Assembly: GCF_018336915.1 (NCBI RefSeq)
Contig: NZ_CP064923.1
Span: forward strand, 4,680,001-4,712,000
DNA length: 32,000 nucleotides
Direction of reading: 5' to 3'
DNA from: Acaryochloris marina S15
GTDB taxonomy: Bacteria; Cyanobacteriota; Cyanobacteriia; Thermosynechococcales; Thermosynechococcaceae
Positions 8,016 to 18,198 of the stretch are shown here, piece by piece. The notes beneath the pieces were generated by a model. The model was given only the letters and a program-made list of their open reading frames with translations, made no database searches and was not told where the DNA came from. Each line of letters starts with the position of its first letter. The stretch's first letter is position 1. The position numbers and the translations under genes were made by a program.

Positions 8016-9113
8016 ATGCTCACCCAGAATCGGCAATCGAGTCAGACAAGTCAACCCCGGCCCTTCACTCCCTATCGTCCTCAATATTCAACCCTAAGCT
8101 GGGTCAAACGTAACTTCATCATTGCCAGAGCCTTTCTGGGGGCCATAACCATTGTCTTCAAATCGAGACTGCAAAAACAGTCTCTCCCCTTCGGGGCTTC
8201 CGTAGAAATCACCGATCGCTGCAATGCTGGCTGCCATTATTGCTATGTCTATCCCTCCGACTGGAACCAAACCCAACGAGTCCAAGGGTATCTCCAGCTT
8301 GACCCTGCCGAACATAAAGCCAAAGACCAAGCCATTTACCAAACCCTAGACCAGCTTTCCCGCCAAGGCATGGTCCTCGCCACCCTCGTGGGTGGAGAAC
8401 CCACCTTAGCCCCTAGAGTGATTCAATATGCTGGCCGGAAATTTCCGGTGGTTTGGGTCGTGACCAATGGCTCTGGCAAATTCCCCAAAGTGCCGCGTTC
8501 CGTGGTCTATAGCGTCAGTATCGATGGTCCCCCTGACCACCATAACCAAACCCGAGATCCCCTAGATTTTTTCAAAAACCATACCTACCAAGATCTCCAC
8601 GGCATGGCGGCGGCCATTGTCCGCAATATCAATGAATCCGAGCGAGGTGCATATGCCCACATCACCCTGACCAAATCTAGCCTCGACCTCTTTCCTGAAA
8701 CCGTAGACTGGCTCGTCACCTCTGTCACCAAACTTAGAGGCATCATGGTCTCCGGTGCAGCCACCCAGTCTCCTGACGACCCTAACACCCTCACCCTGAC
8801 GGATCGGCAAACCATGAAGGGGATGATTGAAGCAGCGGCGGTCCAATACGGTTGGGACTTATTTCCCTTTAACCAGCCTGCCGTCAATGCCTACCTCTTT
8901 GATGCGCCCTTCGTGATTCAAAACGCCACCCAATGTACCGTGGCTCGGCGAGTGACCAGCTTGGGCTTTGATGGCCAAAGCGTCGGTAAGTGCATCCTGC
9001 GAGATGCCACAGATTGCCAGACCTGCGTGTGCAATTTGACCGGGTTAATGCGCGGGGTCGCTACAGCAGATCGCCCCAGTTTAAAAGGACTCTATCAAGC
9101 CTGCTTAGGCTAG
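8016..9113 (+). CDS. Radical SAM domain protein with a C-terminal Cys cluster
   Basis: CxxxCxxC motif in EITDRCNAGCHYCYVY, plus a GGEPTL SAM-binding-like motif. The C-terminal sequence CTVARR...GKCILRDATDCQTCVCNLTG suggests an auxiliary Fe-S site. The subfamily was not recognised. Confidence 0.8.
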   Translation: MLTQNRQSSQTSQPRPFTPYRPQYSTLSWVKRNFIIARAFLGAITIVFKSRLQKQSLPFGASVEITDRCNAGCHYCYVYPSDWNQTQRVQGYLQLDPAEHKAKDQAIYQTLDQLSRQGMVLATLVGGEPTLAPRVIQYAGRKFPVVWVVTNGSGKFPKVPRSVVYSVSIDGPPDHHNQTRDPLDFFKNHTYQDLHGMAAAIVRNINESERGAYAHITLTKSSLDLFPETVDWLVTSVTKLRGIMVSGAATQSPDDPNTLTLTDRQTMKGMIEAAAVQYGWDLFPFNQPAVNAYLFDAPFVIQNATQCTVARRVTSLGFDGQSVGKCILRDATDCQTCVCNLTGLMRGVATADRPSLKGLYQACLG

Positions 9114-11003
9114 AGTGGCCTTGCTCAGATAGCTCTGGTATCGCACCTGCAATTGCTCGACCCTCACCTTGCCAGACCAAAACTCCACCATGGTTTGGCC
9201 AAAGGCCCAGGCATCTTCCTTAATCGAGGGAGCCGTTTCTAGCAGCAGCGGCCACAGGGACAAAAAATCAAAGACAGGATGAGCATCAGGTTCAGCAAGC
9301 AACGTAAATAACTCATAGCCCATCTGTAGCTTCCCCATCACGACAGGGGCCTGCTCAATGGGCAGTTGAGTTGCCAGGGCTGTTGCTAAGGCTGGAGAAC
9401 CCGTCGTCATCGTCGATAGAAAGCCTAAAACCGGACTCTTAAGCAGAGCCGCAAGTCCCTGGGTCGTGCTCATTTGGGAGGCATACTGATTGATGATTTT
9501 GGCAGAAGTGGTGATACGGGTGGTGCGATCGCGCAAAAATCTCGCCATTCGGGCCTGCTTTGCCGGGTCAGATTCATCCACCATCGCTGCCGACAGTTCC
9601 GTCCCTCCCCAAGCTGGCCGATCCTGGCTCCTATCCTCTGTGACCATCGGCAAAATTGCCGCCGAGAGTTCCCCCAAAATCTCTTGACGATAGGCAATCG
9701 CCTCACGAATCGAGTTCTCCTTGGGTTGGTCACCGGATCGCCAATCGTAGGGTGGAGACCATTCTCGAATCGGTCGTAGCCGATCCACCTGAGTGACGAT
9801 GCTAATGATGGGCAGATCATCCACTTGGGTTGTGATCTCTTCTAAAAACGCCAGATCCATTTGCAGGGCTGGATCCGTCGCCGGTGTGACCAACAACAGC
9901 AAATCCGCCTCAGCTGCTTTCTCGATCACTGCTTGGCGTAGATCATCTCTTCCACTTTGCTCATACCCCGGTGAATCCCAGAGAATGAGAGTTTCATCTA
10001 GATCATTCTGGAAAGGGTAAGACTGCAAGGTGTCCGTACTGGGTAACACATCTACGGCTGCTGTCTGTCGGCCAAACAGGGTATTCACCAGGCTACTCTT
10101 GCCTGCCCCTGTACGTCCAACCAAGAGCACATTCAAGGGAGCCTGCTCTACGGTCTCGGCAGGCGCGGCTTCCGTAATAATCCCTTGTAGGGTTTGAGTC
10201 TCGGCCTCTGGTAGTTTTAGCTCCAGGCTCTCCAAGGAGCGCACCGCTTCGCCACCGTAGAGGGCAATCGCTCGTTCCCCGAGGGCCTGCAAAGTGGTCT
10301 CTCGCACAATCTGCCCTAAGTTGGCCAGTAACTGTTGATTGGCCTGAGTCCGATAGGTTTGGGTAGAGGTGCGGGTCAAGGCTGCCACCGGATTAAAAAT
10401 CCACCGGGACCATTGCCACACTTTGACGACCGTGCGGGCAGCCGGCTCTAATTTTCGATAGGTTTCGTAGGTTTCGTAGGCTTGTCCCACGGTCACCTGC
10501 CCCAGCACAGGGGAAAGCTTTTGCATCCACTGATCCACATCGTCCACGGTGCCCCGCAATAAACCATAGGCATCTGGCACATAGATATTCAGAAAGGGCC
10601 GTTTGGTAGTGGGGTAGTAGACATGGGCAATCGCCTCAATCAAGGTTTGGCAGCGGCGAAAGAACTGAGCCCAATCTTCCCAGGGCAAGACATCTTCCCG
10701 AGCAGCGACCAGAATCGTTTGAATTTCGGCTTCGGCCTGTTCCCGGCGGGGCTGACCTGCCCTGGGAGTCTCTGCAGCATTGTCTTGAATAAAGGCTCTG
10801 GCCTCTGCAGCAATCTGATCTGGCAACCGCACCCAGCGAGCCAGTAAATATCGCCAACCGACAAACACCAAAACCACCACAGCCCAAATCCAACTCAGTC
10901 CCCACTGATGGATTTGCAGCCCAGCTGCAACACCGAGAAATCCGAGCACGCTAACGACGGGTAAGGCCAAGATGACCCACTGCCAGACCTTGAGACGAAT
11001 CAT
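9105..11003 (-). CDS. Membrane-anchored P-loop GTPase family protein
   Basis: 632 aa with two N-terminal TM helices. G1 is LLVGRTGAGKSSLVNTLFG, G3 is WDSPGY and G4-like is TQVD. The 3' end overlaps the convergent radical SAM gene by 9 nt (9105-9113). Confidence 0.75.
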   Translation of the reverse strand: MIRLKVWQWVILALPVVSVLGFLGVAAGLQIHQWGLSWIWAVVVLVFVGWRYLLARWVRLPDQIAAEARAFIQDNAAETPRAGQPRREQAEAEIQTILVAAREDVLPWEDWAQFFRRCQTLIEAIAHVYYPTTKRPFLNIYVPDAYGLLRGTVDDVDQWMQKLSPVLGQVTVGQAYETYETYRKLEPAARTVVKVWQWSRWIFNPVAALTRTSTQTYRTQANQQLLANLGQIVRETTLQALGERAIALYGGEAVRSLESLELKLPEAETQTLQGIITEAAPAETVEQAPLNVLLVGRTGAGKSSLVNTLFGRQTAAVDVLPSTDTLQSYPFQNDLDETLILWDSPGYEQSGRDDLRQAVIEKAAEADLLLLVTPATDPALQMDLAFLEEITTQVDDLPIISIVTQVDRLRPIREWSPPYDWRSGDQPKENSIREAIAYRQEILGELSAAILPMVTEDRSQDRPAWGGTELSAAMVDESDPAKQARMARFLRDRTTRITTSAKIINQYASQMSTTQGLAALLKSPVLGFLSTMTTGSPALATALATQLPIEQAPVVMGKLQMGYELFTLLAEPDAHPVFDFLSLWPLLLETAPSIKEDAWAFGQTMVEFWSGKVRVEQLQVRYQSYLSKATLA

Positions 11004-11120
11004 AGGGCGGATTTATAGATGGAATGAAAAAGGACCCAAGGGCAATATAGCCCGCAGACGAACTAAACGAACCTGAAAAACCTGAGCAAAGGTTCCCTAG
11101 AACTATAGTCGCTCTGCAAC

Positions 11121-11306
11121 CTAGGAGAAGACAACCGCTGGAGCATACAGATAAGGAGTGCCCACCCAGAGGGCAATTAGTCCAGTCACCAGATCACCCA
11201 TGACCATATAGTAAAGTCCAGTGCCAATGTTGAGGACCAAGCCCAACCAGGTGATTAGAATCGAAATCTGCAACGACAACTGAGCCATCGGGGAGTGACG
11301 AGCCAC
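11121..11306 (-). CDS. Small hypothetical two-helix membrane protein
   Basis: 61-aa ORF from GTG 11306, or 55 aa from ATG 11288 (MAQLSLQISILITWLGLVLNIGTGLYYMVMGDLVTGLIALWVGTPY...). Support comes only from hydrophobic periodicity. Confidence 0.35.
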   Translation of the reverse strand: MARHSPMAQLSLQISILITWLGLVLNIGTGLYYMVMGDLVTGLIALWVGTPYLYAPAVVFS

Positions 11307-11464
11307 AAAAAAGCTAGCCCCACAGGAACCTGCTCTCCCACAGTTGGGACAACTCAGCAGGCCTGAGTCTTACCCAGTACCGCACTTAGAACAAGTCTGC
11401 ACAGATTGGTGATCTCACTGCTGTGTTATTCAGACGTGGAGCATGAACTAATTATTGACTGACA

Positions 11465-11824
11465 CTACTCAGCGTCTTCAGAATCTTGATCAAAAGAGAG
11501 ACCATTGCCCAACAGGCTAGTATCCAGTTCCATCCGTTGTTCCATCTTGCGGAGGAAATAACCAGTCATCATCGCGGAGGCAAGCAAGCCAGCTAAATTA
11601 TCGCGATCGGTAACGACTTGAACGCTGAAGGCTTCGCTAGGCAGGACACCCACTAGCCCTTGCACATTTTGCGAGATGATTTGCTTAATCTCGGGGCTGA
11701 CGGACTTAGCAACCCGGGCCAGGACTTCTGGCGGTTGATTTTGTAAATATTTGATTAAGAGATTGGCCTGAGCCTCCTCTGAATCACTCATAATAAAGTT
11801 GGCGTTTTCGGGGTCAAAGGCCAT
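11465..11824 (-). CDS. DUF760 domain protein (cyanobacteria/plastid lineage)
   Basis: 119 aa. The sequence NLLIKYLQNQPPEVLARVAKSVSPEIKQIISQNVQGLVGVLPSE...NLAGLLASAMMTGYFLRKMEQRMEL matches the DUF760 pattern as I remember it. Confidence 0.8.
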   Translation of the reverse strand: MAFDPENANFIMSDSEEAQANLLIKYLQNQPPEVLARVAKSVSPEIKQIISQNVQGLVGVLPSEAFSVQVVTDRDNLAGLLASAMMTGYFLRKMEQRMELDTSLLGNGLSFDQDSEDAE

Positions 11825-12099
11825 AAAGCACCCTCAGAATCTGCTTGTGTTCATTGTGTCATCTCTTCCTCTAGTATGCCCAGGTTCTCGATGGAGAGAA
11901 GCCCGAACCTTAAGGTAATTTGATCAACACTATCATCCAGAAATCAGAACTTCGTGAATGGGTAAACAAGCGTTCTGCTTCCTTGACGGTAGTATAAACG
12001 ATTGTTAACTTTTTTGGCGAGATTTCAAGCCTAGACCGCCTAGGGCAAGCGCTTATACATCAAGCATCAAGAAGAATTCGCTAGATTGCTTTTTGGCCT

Positions 12100-13269
12100 C
12101 TAAATGGACTCCCATAATCGAGGCCGAGGCTGACCTTGCAAACGAGTATGGGTGTCTTGGAGCAATTGGGGAATATTTAACTGCTCAGGACAGCGAGGCA
12201 AGCAGTCTCCACAGTCAGTACAGCGATTGCCCCGTCGTCCAGGGAACCAATGCCCCGCATTTTCAAACATACGATAGCGATAACGGCCAAATTCTTCCAT
12301 ATCGTAGGCTAGGGCCAAATTCCGTAATCGCAGAATTTCTGGAATATTGATATCTTCCGGGCAAGGCAGACAGGCATAGCATTGCTGGCACAGATCGGGC
12401 AGCGTCTGGGCCTGGATTTGAAAACGGTCAAGAATCTGCTGTTCTTCGTCCGTGAGGGGGTGAATCTGATCTGCAATCTCAAGGGGCCAATCCAACTCTT
12501 CTGGCTTTGCAGCTCCCACGCTCAGGGTTGTCACATGAGGCTGACTCAGCAAAAACCGGGCATTGAGATGGAGCGGGTCTAGCGGCTGGCAGAGAGCTTG
12601 TAACCGTTCTGGCGGCGTATATAGCAATCCTCCTTTATCCGCAGGGGAAATGATGAAAATGCCCATCTCTTTGCGCCTCGCCAGCTCAACGGCTGGGGCA
12701 TTGCGCTGAAAGAAAAAGTTGTAGTGCAGATTCACAAACTCAAATAAATCTGTCTCCAACGCGGCCAGAATTAGCTCTAATGAACCATGGGTGGAAAACC
12801 CTACATGGCGAATCCGATTTGCGGCTTTTGCAGCCTGCACCGCCTGCATACATCCGTGGGGATCCTGGACCCATTCCAAATGCTCTGGCGTATTGAGTCC
12901 ATGAATGGCCAGACAATCAATCGTCTCCAGTCCTAGCCGTTCTAGGGACAAATCAATCGCCTCGGCCATCGCTTGGGCACCAGGTTTAGGCGTGATTTTC
13001 GTGGTGAGATAGAGGCGTTTAGCCTCTCCCTGGCCTTGCTCTGGCAGATAGCAACCCTCTTCCCTTGCCAGCCCTAAAGCCTGAATCATCTGCCCTAGGT
13101 AGACTTCACTTTTTCCATACCCTTGGGCTGTTTCAATATGATTAATGCCCAGTTCAAAGGCCCGCTCCAAGGTTGCTTCAGCATTCTGAGCCGACTGTAA
13201 GTACCGCATCGTTCCCAGAGAAAACACCGACAGATGCAGATTAGTCTTGCCGAAACGGCGATATTTCAT
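12100..13269 (-). CDS. Aldo/keto reductase with C-terminal 4Fe-4S ferredoxin-type Cys motifs
   Basis: The N-terminus MKYRRFGKTNLHLSVFSLGTM...GINHIETAQGYG is AKR-like. The C-terminus carries CQQCYACLPCPEDINIP and CTDCGDCLPRCPEQLNIP. Confidence 0.85.
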   Translation of the reverse strand: MKYRRFGKTNLHLSVFSLGTMRYLQSAQNAEATLERAFELGINHIETAQGYGKSEVYLGQMIQALGLAREEGCYLPEQGQGEAKRLYLTTKITPKPGAQAMAEAIDLSLERLGLETIDCLAIHGLNTPEHLEWVQDPHGCMQAVQAAKAANRIRHVGFSTHGSLELILAALETDLFEFVNLHYNFFFQRNAPAVELARRKEMGIFIISPADKGGLLYTPPERLQALCQPLDPLHLNARFLLSQPHVTTLSVGAAKPEELDWPLEIADQIHPLTDEEQQILDRFQIQAQTLPDLCQQCYACLPCPEDINIPEILRLRNLALAYDMEEFGRYRYRMFENAGHWFPGRRGNRCTDCGDCLPRCPEQLNIPQLLQDTHTRLQGQPRPRLWESI

Positions 13270-13284
13270 GGTGAGTTGCGAGGA

Positions 13285-13797
13285 TTAGCTAGATTCAGCC
13301 GAGGGTTCGCTGCCACCTCGACTCTGAGTAAAGTCTTCGGGACGAATATTATCGATAAATTCGTGAAATTCTTCTTGTTCTTGCAGATCGGCTTCTTTAT
13401 CAACGGGAATAGAGGCATCTGCAACCACTTCTTCTAGCACCCAAATGGGGCTATCCATGCGCAGTGCTAGTGCGATCGCATCACTCGGACGGGCATCGAC
13501 TTCTTTTTTAGAATCCCCTTGCTGTAAGGTCAGCACCGCATAAAACGTATTGTCTTGCAGGGAATGAATCACCACCCGCTCTAAATCGATGTCCCACTGA
13601 TCCATGCAGTTCACCATCAAATCATGAGTCATGGGGCGTGGGGTCTTTTGGCTCTCTAATGCCGTGAGAATAGCCCTAGCTTCTGTTTGACCGATCCAAA
13701 TGGGTAAAGCCCGACGTTCCGTCGCATCTTTCAAGAGAACGATAGGCAAGCGGGTTGCGGCATCCAAAGCAATACCCGCAACATTCATTTCAATCAT
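13285..13797 (-). CDS. Bifunctional nuclease family protein (DUF151/BFN)
   Basis: PIVLLKD...ALPIWIGQTEARAI...RPMTHDL...DARPSDAIALALR pattern, followed by an acidic C-terminal tail. Confidence 0.85.
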   Translation of the reverse strand: MIEMNVAGIALDAATRLPIVLLKDATERRALPIWIGQTEARAILTALESQKTPRPMTHDLMVNCMDQWDIDLERVVIHSLQDNTFYAVLTLQQGDSKKEVDARPSDAIALALRMDSPIWVLEEVVADASIPVDKEADLQEQEEFHEFIDNIRPEDFTQSRGGSEPSAESS

Positions 13798-14031
13798 GCT
13801 TGTAGACCCAATGGAACAATGGCCACGGAGGACACCTTCTCATGTAAACCCATACCATTGAGGATTCTCTACAATTTCTTTAGGGCAATTTATACTCTAA
13901 GGATCAGACTGAGAATCTCAGAAGTACGAGGTTTGAGAATTAAGATAGAATTCCCCACCCTGATCCTAGCCAAGGCAATCAGACTTTGACAATGTAAGAA
14001 ATACTGATGTTAATGATGGCGTGATACGTAA

Positions 14032-14700
14032 GTGTTTACAGGACTCATTCAAGGACTCGGTTATCTTCAGCCCCAAGGCCCACAGCAAATTTTAGTGAAG
14101 TGTGGGTCCACTCTCTTTTGGGAGGACCTCGCCATCGGCGACAGTGTAGCTGTGGATGGCGTCTGTTTAACCGTCGAAACTCTAGTTGCTCAGGGGTTTG
14201 TGGTGTCTGTGTCTCCTGAGACAGTGCAGCGAACCACCCTATCGCAGCGGCTGCAGTCCCACCAAGCCGTCAATTTAGAACCGGCGCTCAGCGTGGGGGA
14301 TCGATTAGGCGGCCATTTTGTCACGGGTCATATTGATGACGTGGGGGTGTTCCAAGGACTCCAACAAACGGACACATCCTGGGAGTTGAGTTTTACAGTA
14401 CCGGATGCGATCGCACGCTTTATCATCCATAAAGGCAGCGTGGCCATCAACGGTGTCAGCCTGACGGTTGCCGACTGCAACGAGAGTGGTACTCACTTCA
14501 AAGTTGCCGTCATTCCCCATAGCTTTGCCAATACGAACTTGCAAGACTTAAACCCAGGCGATCAGGTCAATATTGAAAACGATGTATTAGGCAAATATGT
14601 CGCTAAACTTCTGCACCTGCCAGGTCCCTCATCCGCCACCACAACCCTGCCTGAAATAACACCTGAATTCCTGGCCACCCACGGATTCGGTAACCTGTAA
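14032..14700 (+). CDS. ribE: Riboflavin synthase (alpha chain)
   Basis: GTG start. The N-terminus is MFTGLIQGLG. It has a duplicated lumazine-binding fold with GDSVAVDGVCLTV and GSVAINGVSLTV, plus GGHFVTGHID. Confidence 0.9.
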   Translation: MFTGLIQGLGYLQPQGPQQILVKCGSTLFWEDLAIGDSVAVDGVCLTVETLVAQGFVVSVSPETVQRTTLSQRLQSHQAVNLEPALSVGDRLGGHFVTGHIDDVGVFQGLQQTDTSWELSFTVPDAIARFIIHKGSVAINGVSLTVADCNESGTHFKVAVIPHSFANTNLQDLNPGDQVNIENDVLGKYVAKLLHLPGPSSATTTLPEITPEFLATHGFGNL

Positions 14701-14930
14701 TGGTTCTTGTCCAGCAATCCATGCCCTCGAAAATCAGTCAGGCCCTGAGCAACACACAAATATTGCGCCAGTACATTTCATTGCCGCAAAAGCACCACCT
14801 CAAGCAGTAAGTCATCGCGTCTAACTCATCTCCAAACCTAGATATAGCAAGACCCCGGACTTACACCTCACCCCTTCTCTAAAATTCTCGATTCGCAAGC
14901 GCCTTCTTTACTGGTTAGCAGTCATCAAGA

Positions 14931-16430
14931 ATGAAGCATCGAAAAACAAAGTTAGTGATGATAGTAGCTTTGTGGCTAGGTTCACTAACCTTGATTGCCA
15001 TTAGTACCCTGTCTCCATTTACGTTTAATTTCCAGGACCTTAATCTCAAAGACGCCATTCGTTTAGGGATTCAGAATCCCACGAATCCCATTGATATCTT
15101 GGCGAATATCATTCTCTTTTTGCCCCTAGGATTCAGTAGCTATGCCCTCACCAGCAGACTGCCAAGGCACAAAGCCTTACTTTGTCTGATGAGTATTGGT
15201 TTGATCAGCACTTCCACCTCGCTGCTGGTTGAGGTGGCACAACTCTTTCTTCCTGGTCGATATCCAACCTTATCCGATATTATTTTCAATGGATTAGGGG
15301 GTTTTTTAGGGGGCTTATATGCGCTGCAGTTATTAACACCAAAACCCAAAAGATTTTCGATCAGGCTCAACAAAAAGATTTGCATCGTTGCATTTCTTGG
15401 GTATTTTATTTCTATCTATTTAGGACTCTCTATATTTGCCAGTCAAATCCAGATCAGTAACTGGCAAACGTCTTATCCCTTAACCATTGGAAATACTGCA
15501 ACAGGGAAAAATCCATGGCTAGGTAAAGCATCCAATATTCTCATATTTGATTCAGCATTGCCATCAGATAGTATCGAACCATTACTTGACTTCAAGCTCG
15601 ACTCTACTAGCTATGAATCGTTAGCCTTTTCCTGTCTATTAGAACCAGATATAGCAGAACAGTATCGTTTACCTTCAGAGCTAGACTCATGCGAAAACGC
15701 CTCCCCTCAACCCAAACTACATCCTAAGGCAGACAATGATTTCTGGTATTTAGTTGAAAGCAGTAACGTTGACTTCATCAGCCGCATGAAGTCCAATACA
15801 GCTTTTACCATTGCCCTCAAAATCAAGTCTAAATTCAATAAGGGCTTTGGCGTAGTTTTGGCGATTGCTGAAGATATAGATCATGCAAATTTTATCTTAG
15901 GCATCCAGGCGAATCGACTGACTAGCCGCATTCGATTTCCACTCTCTGGAGTGTCAGGAATGACTCCTGAATTCATAATGCATGACGAAAACCTAAACTT
16001 TATAGATCAAAATATCGTCATTGTATATGACGGTATTTCCTTTCACATTTACCAGAACCATCTGAATCAAGATAAACAAGTCTCTCTACTTGCTGGCCTA
16101 TACTTTATGCAGCCTCTGTCTAAAATCTATCGAGAATGGCGGCTAGCGCTTTTGAGCTTCGACTTATATAAAGGGTTATTTATTGCCTTTACGTTTGCCC
16201 CCGCAATCGTCTTATTCGAGCTACAGCAGGCAACGGGGCAAATTAATACGGCTAGGGAAATTTCTCAATATGTAATTGGCATCTCGATATTAGCTGCACT
16301 TATTTCTAGGGTATATACAAGCAGCCTCAATATTTGGTTATTTGAATATATTGAAGTGTTAGCCATGCTCTTCTTCTGCTGGTTTGGTACCAAGCTTTAC
16401 TTCATCACCTTAGAGAAGTATCAGCTTTAG
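14931..16430 (+). CDS. VanZ-like membrane protein with a central extracytoplasmic (possibly LamG/concanavalin-like) domain and C-terminal TM helices
   Basis: The N-terminal approx 135 aa have VanZ-type helices (NIILFLPLGF, LLVEVAQLFLPGRYPTLSDIIFNGLGGFLGG). The middle approx 230 aa are soluble and beta-rich. The C-terminus is hydrophobic. The region is somewhat AT-richer than its flanks by eye. Confidence 0.6.
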   Translation: MKHRKTKLVMIVALWLGSLTLIAISTLSPFTFNFQDLNLKDAIRLGIQNPTNPIDILANIILFLPLGFSSYALTSRLPRHKALLCLMSIGLISTSTSLLVEVAQLFLPGRYPTLSDIIFNGLGGFLGGLYALQLLTPKPKRFSIRLNKKICIVAFLGYFISIYLGLSIFASQIQISNWQTSYPLTIGNTATGKNPWLGKASNILIFDSALPSDSIEPLLDFKLDSTSYESLAFSCLLEPDIAEQYRLPSELDSCENASPQPKLHPKADNDFWYLVESSNVDFISRMKSNTAFTIALKIKSKFNKGFGVVLAIAEDIDHANFILGIQANRLTSRIRFPLSGVSGMTPEFIMHDENLNFIDQNIVIVYDGISFHIYQNHLNQDKQVSLLAGLYFMQPLSKIYREWRLALLSFDLYKGLFIAFTFAPAIVLFELQQATGQINTAREISQYVIGISILAALISRVYTSSLNIWLFEYIEVLAMLFFCWFGTKLYFITLEKYQL

Positions 16431-16490
16431 TTGTCTATTGCACCGTTTTCACCTTAAGAGAGGATAGTCAGTAGCCCAACCTATAGATCT

Positions 16491-16832
16491 ATGAAAACCT
16501 CAGGTCGTCAAAGCTATTTTTATCAACAAATTTATCAGTTAGTACGCAAAATTCCCTCAGGGAAAGTCGCCACCTATGGCCAAATTGCGGAATTATTAGG
16601 CAAGCCCCGTCATGCCCGCCAGATTGGTTATGCCCTGTATCGAGTGGCACCGGATTCAGATATTCCTTGGCAGCGGGTCGTAAATGCTCAGGGTATGATT
16701 TCTCATTCTCCCCAACGCCAGGGAAGCGATGACCTGCAACGCATTTTGCTGGAGCAAGAAGGCGTCACCTTCAATAGCCAAGACAAACTGGATCTGCGCT
16801 GCTATCGGTGGCAGCCGAACGTACTAGAGTGA
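16491..16832 (+). CDS. MGMT-family DNA-binding protein, alkyltransferase-like (ATL) type
   Basis: IPSGKVATYGQIA...ARQIGYAL...IPWQRVVNAQG. The canonical PCHRV active-site Cys is replaced by Trp (PWQRV), as in ATL proteins. The 3' end overlaps the convergent permease gene by 9 nt. Confidence 0.8.
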   Translation: MKTSGRQSYFYQQIYQLVRKIPSGKVATYGQIAELLGKPRHARQIGYALYRVAPDSDIPWQRVVNAQGMISHSPQRQGSDDLQRILLEQEGVTFNSQDKLDLRCYRWQPNVLE

Positions 16833-18011
16833 GCCTCTGGGGTCCAAGACATCTCGCAGCGTGTCACCTAAGAGATTAAAGGACAGCACCGTCAAGATAA
16901 TCAAAACGGCAGGAGGCCACACCAACCAGGGCTGCAAAATCAAGATAGAGGCATTGGTCGATAAAGATAGTAAGTTGCCCCAAGAGGGATCAGGCTGCTC
17001 AATTCCTAGACCAATTAGGCTCAACACTGATTCCGCCACGATAAAACTAGGAATGGCTAGGGTCGCGGAAATAATCACATAGGTAGCCGTTTGGGGGAGG
17101 ACATGGCGGGTAATGATATACAGCGGCTTCGCTCCCATCACCTTGGCAGCCTGGATAAACTCCTGCTCCTTAATCGACAAGACCTGACCTCGAATAACTC
17201 GGGCCAGTCCTGCCCAACCCACAAACGAAGTAATTAAAACAATCAGCAAGAAGCGCTCACTACTGGATAATCCTGGCGGCAAAATAGCAGCCAGCGCCAC
17301 CAGTAAATACAGTCCAGGAATGGTCATCAAGACTTCCGCGAAGCGCATCAAGATGGCATCCACCCATCCCCCGAAATACCCAGAGATGCCCCCCACTAGC
17401 ATCCCCAAGGGCAGGGAAATAGCAACGCCCACCAAACCAATGCTGAGACTAATACGCCCCCCAAAGAGGAGGCGGCTCAATTGGTCACGGGCCTGATCAT
17501 CAGTCCCCAAGACATTGAGGTAGCCAGGGCCAGTAGTGCCAAACAAGTGACGATTAAAGGCAAAACCTGGGAAGACGGTGACCTGATCAATTTTGGGGTC
17601 AGACCAGGAAAATTGAGTGGGCAAGGGCAGCTTCAGTTGCAGAAACTGATAATCCCAGCCTTTGACAAAAAGGCGAAGGGGAGACGGTTGAGTCCGATCG
17701 ACTTGTAAATCACGGATGCCGGTCTGCCAGGCTTTGGATTCCTTATTGCGCCAGTCAATAGGTTCGAGGGTGGTGGGATAGACATGGGGGCCAATCCATT
17801 GGCCATCGTCATTGTTCCAATAAATCTGGGTGGGCGGTAATAAGGCTCCATTTACTTGGGGCTGGCAGGCTCCAGTATTAATGGTTTCCGTGTCGCAGGG
17901 GGCATAGGGGGCAACAAAGTCTGCGCCGATCACTAGTACATAGAAGGTAATCAGAATCGCAGCCCCAAATCGAGCCAACTTTTTCTGGCGAAGCTGTTGC
18001 CACCAACTCAT
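16824..18011 (-). CDS. ABC transporter permease (oligopeptide/dipeptide OppC/DppC type)
   Basis: 395 aa with an N-terminal TM helix and a large periplasmic insert. A binding-protein-dependent permease core follows (GTDDQARDQLSRLLFGGRISL; EQEFIQAAKVMGAKPLYIITRHVLP, an EAA-like loop). Confidence 0.85.
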   Translation of the reverse strand: MSWWQQLRQKKLARFGAAILITFYVLVIGADFVAPYAPCDTETINTGACQPQVNGALLPPTQIYWNNDDGQWIGPHVYPTTLEPIDWRNKESKAWQTGIRDLQVDRTQPSPLRLFVKGWDYQFLQLKLPLPTQFSWSDPKIDQVTVFPGFAFNRHLFGTTGPGYLNVLGTDDQARDQLSRLLFGGRISLSIGLVGVAISLPLGMLVGGISGYFGGWVDAILMRFAEVLMTIPGLYLLVALAAILPPGLSSSERFLLIVLITSFVGWAGLARVIRGQVLSIKEQEFIQAAKVMGAKPLYIITRHVLPQTATYVIISATLAIPSFIVAESVLSLIGLGIEQPDPSWGNLLSLSTNASILILQPWLVWPPAVLIILTVLSFNLLGDTLRDVLDPRGSL

Positions 18012-18198
18012 AATGTCCCGTCCTTAGGGCTGAAGACCTCCACATTGTAGGCCGTTGCTTAGGATAAAGAGTGATTTAAGTGGCCAAACTAGATGAATAG
18101 AGTTTTGGGTTATTCAGCCACACTGGATCTAATTGATGCCATACTCACCCTCTTTAGGTGGATGTCCAATAGCAGAATTAACTGGGGCTGGGCTTTTC

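Noticed and set aside
13798-14031. Possible FMN riboswitch or operator upstream of ribE, including the 13-nt dyad CTGAGAATCTCAG at 13909-13921
   Set aside because: I could not recognise the conserved FMN-aptamer core by eye. The dyad is short and sits in a divergent promoter region, so it is not supportable without a covariance-model scan.
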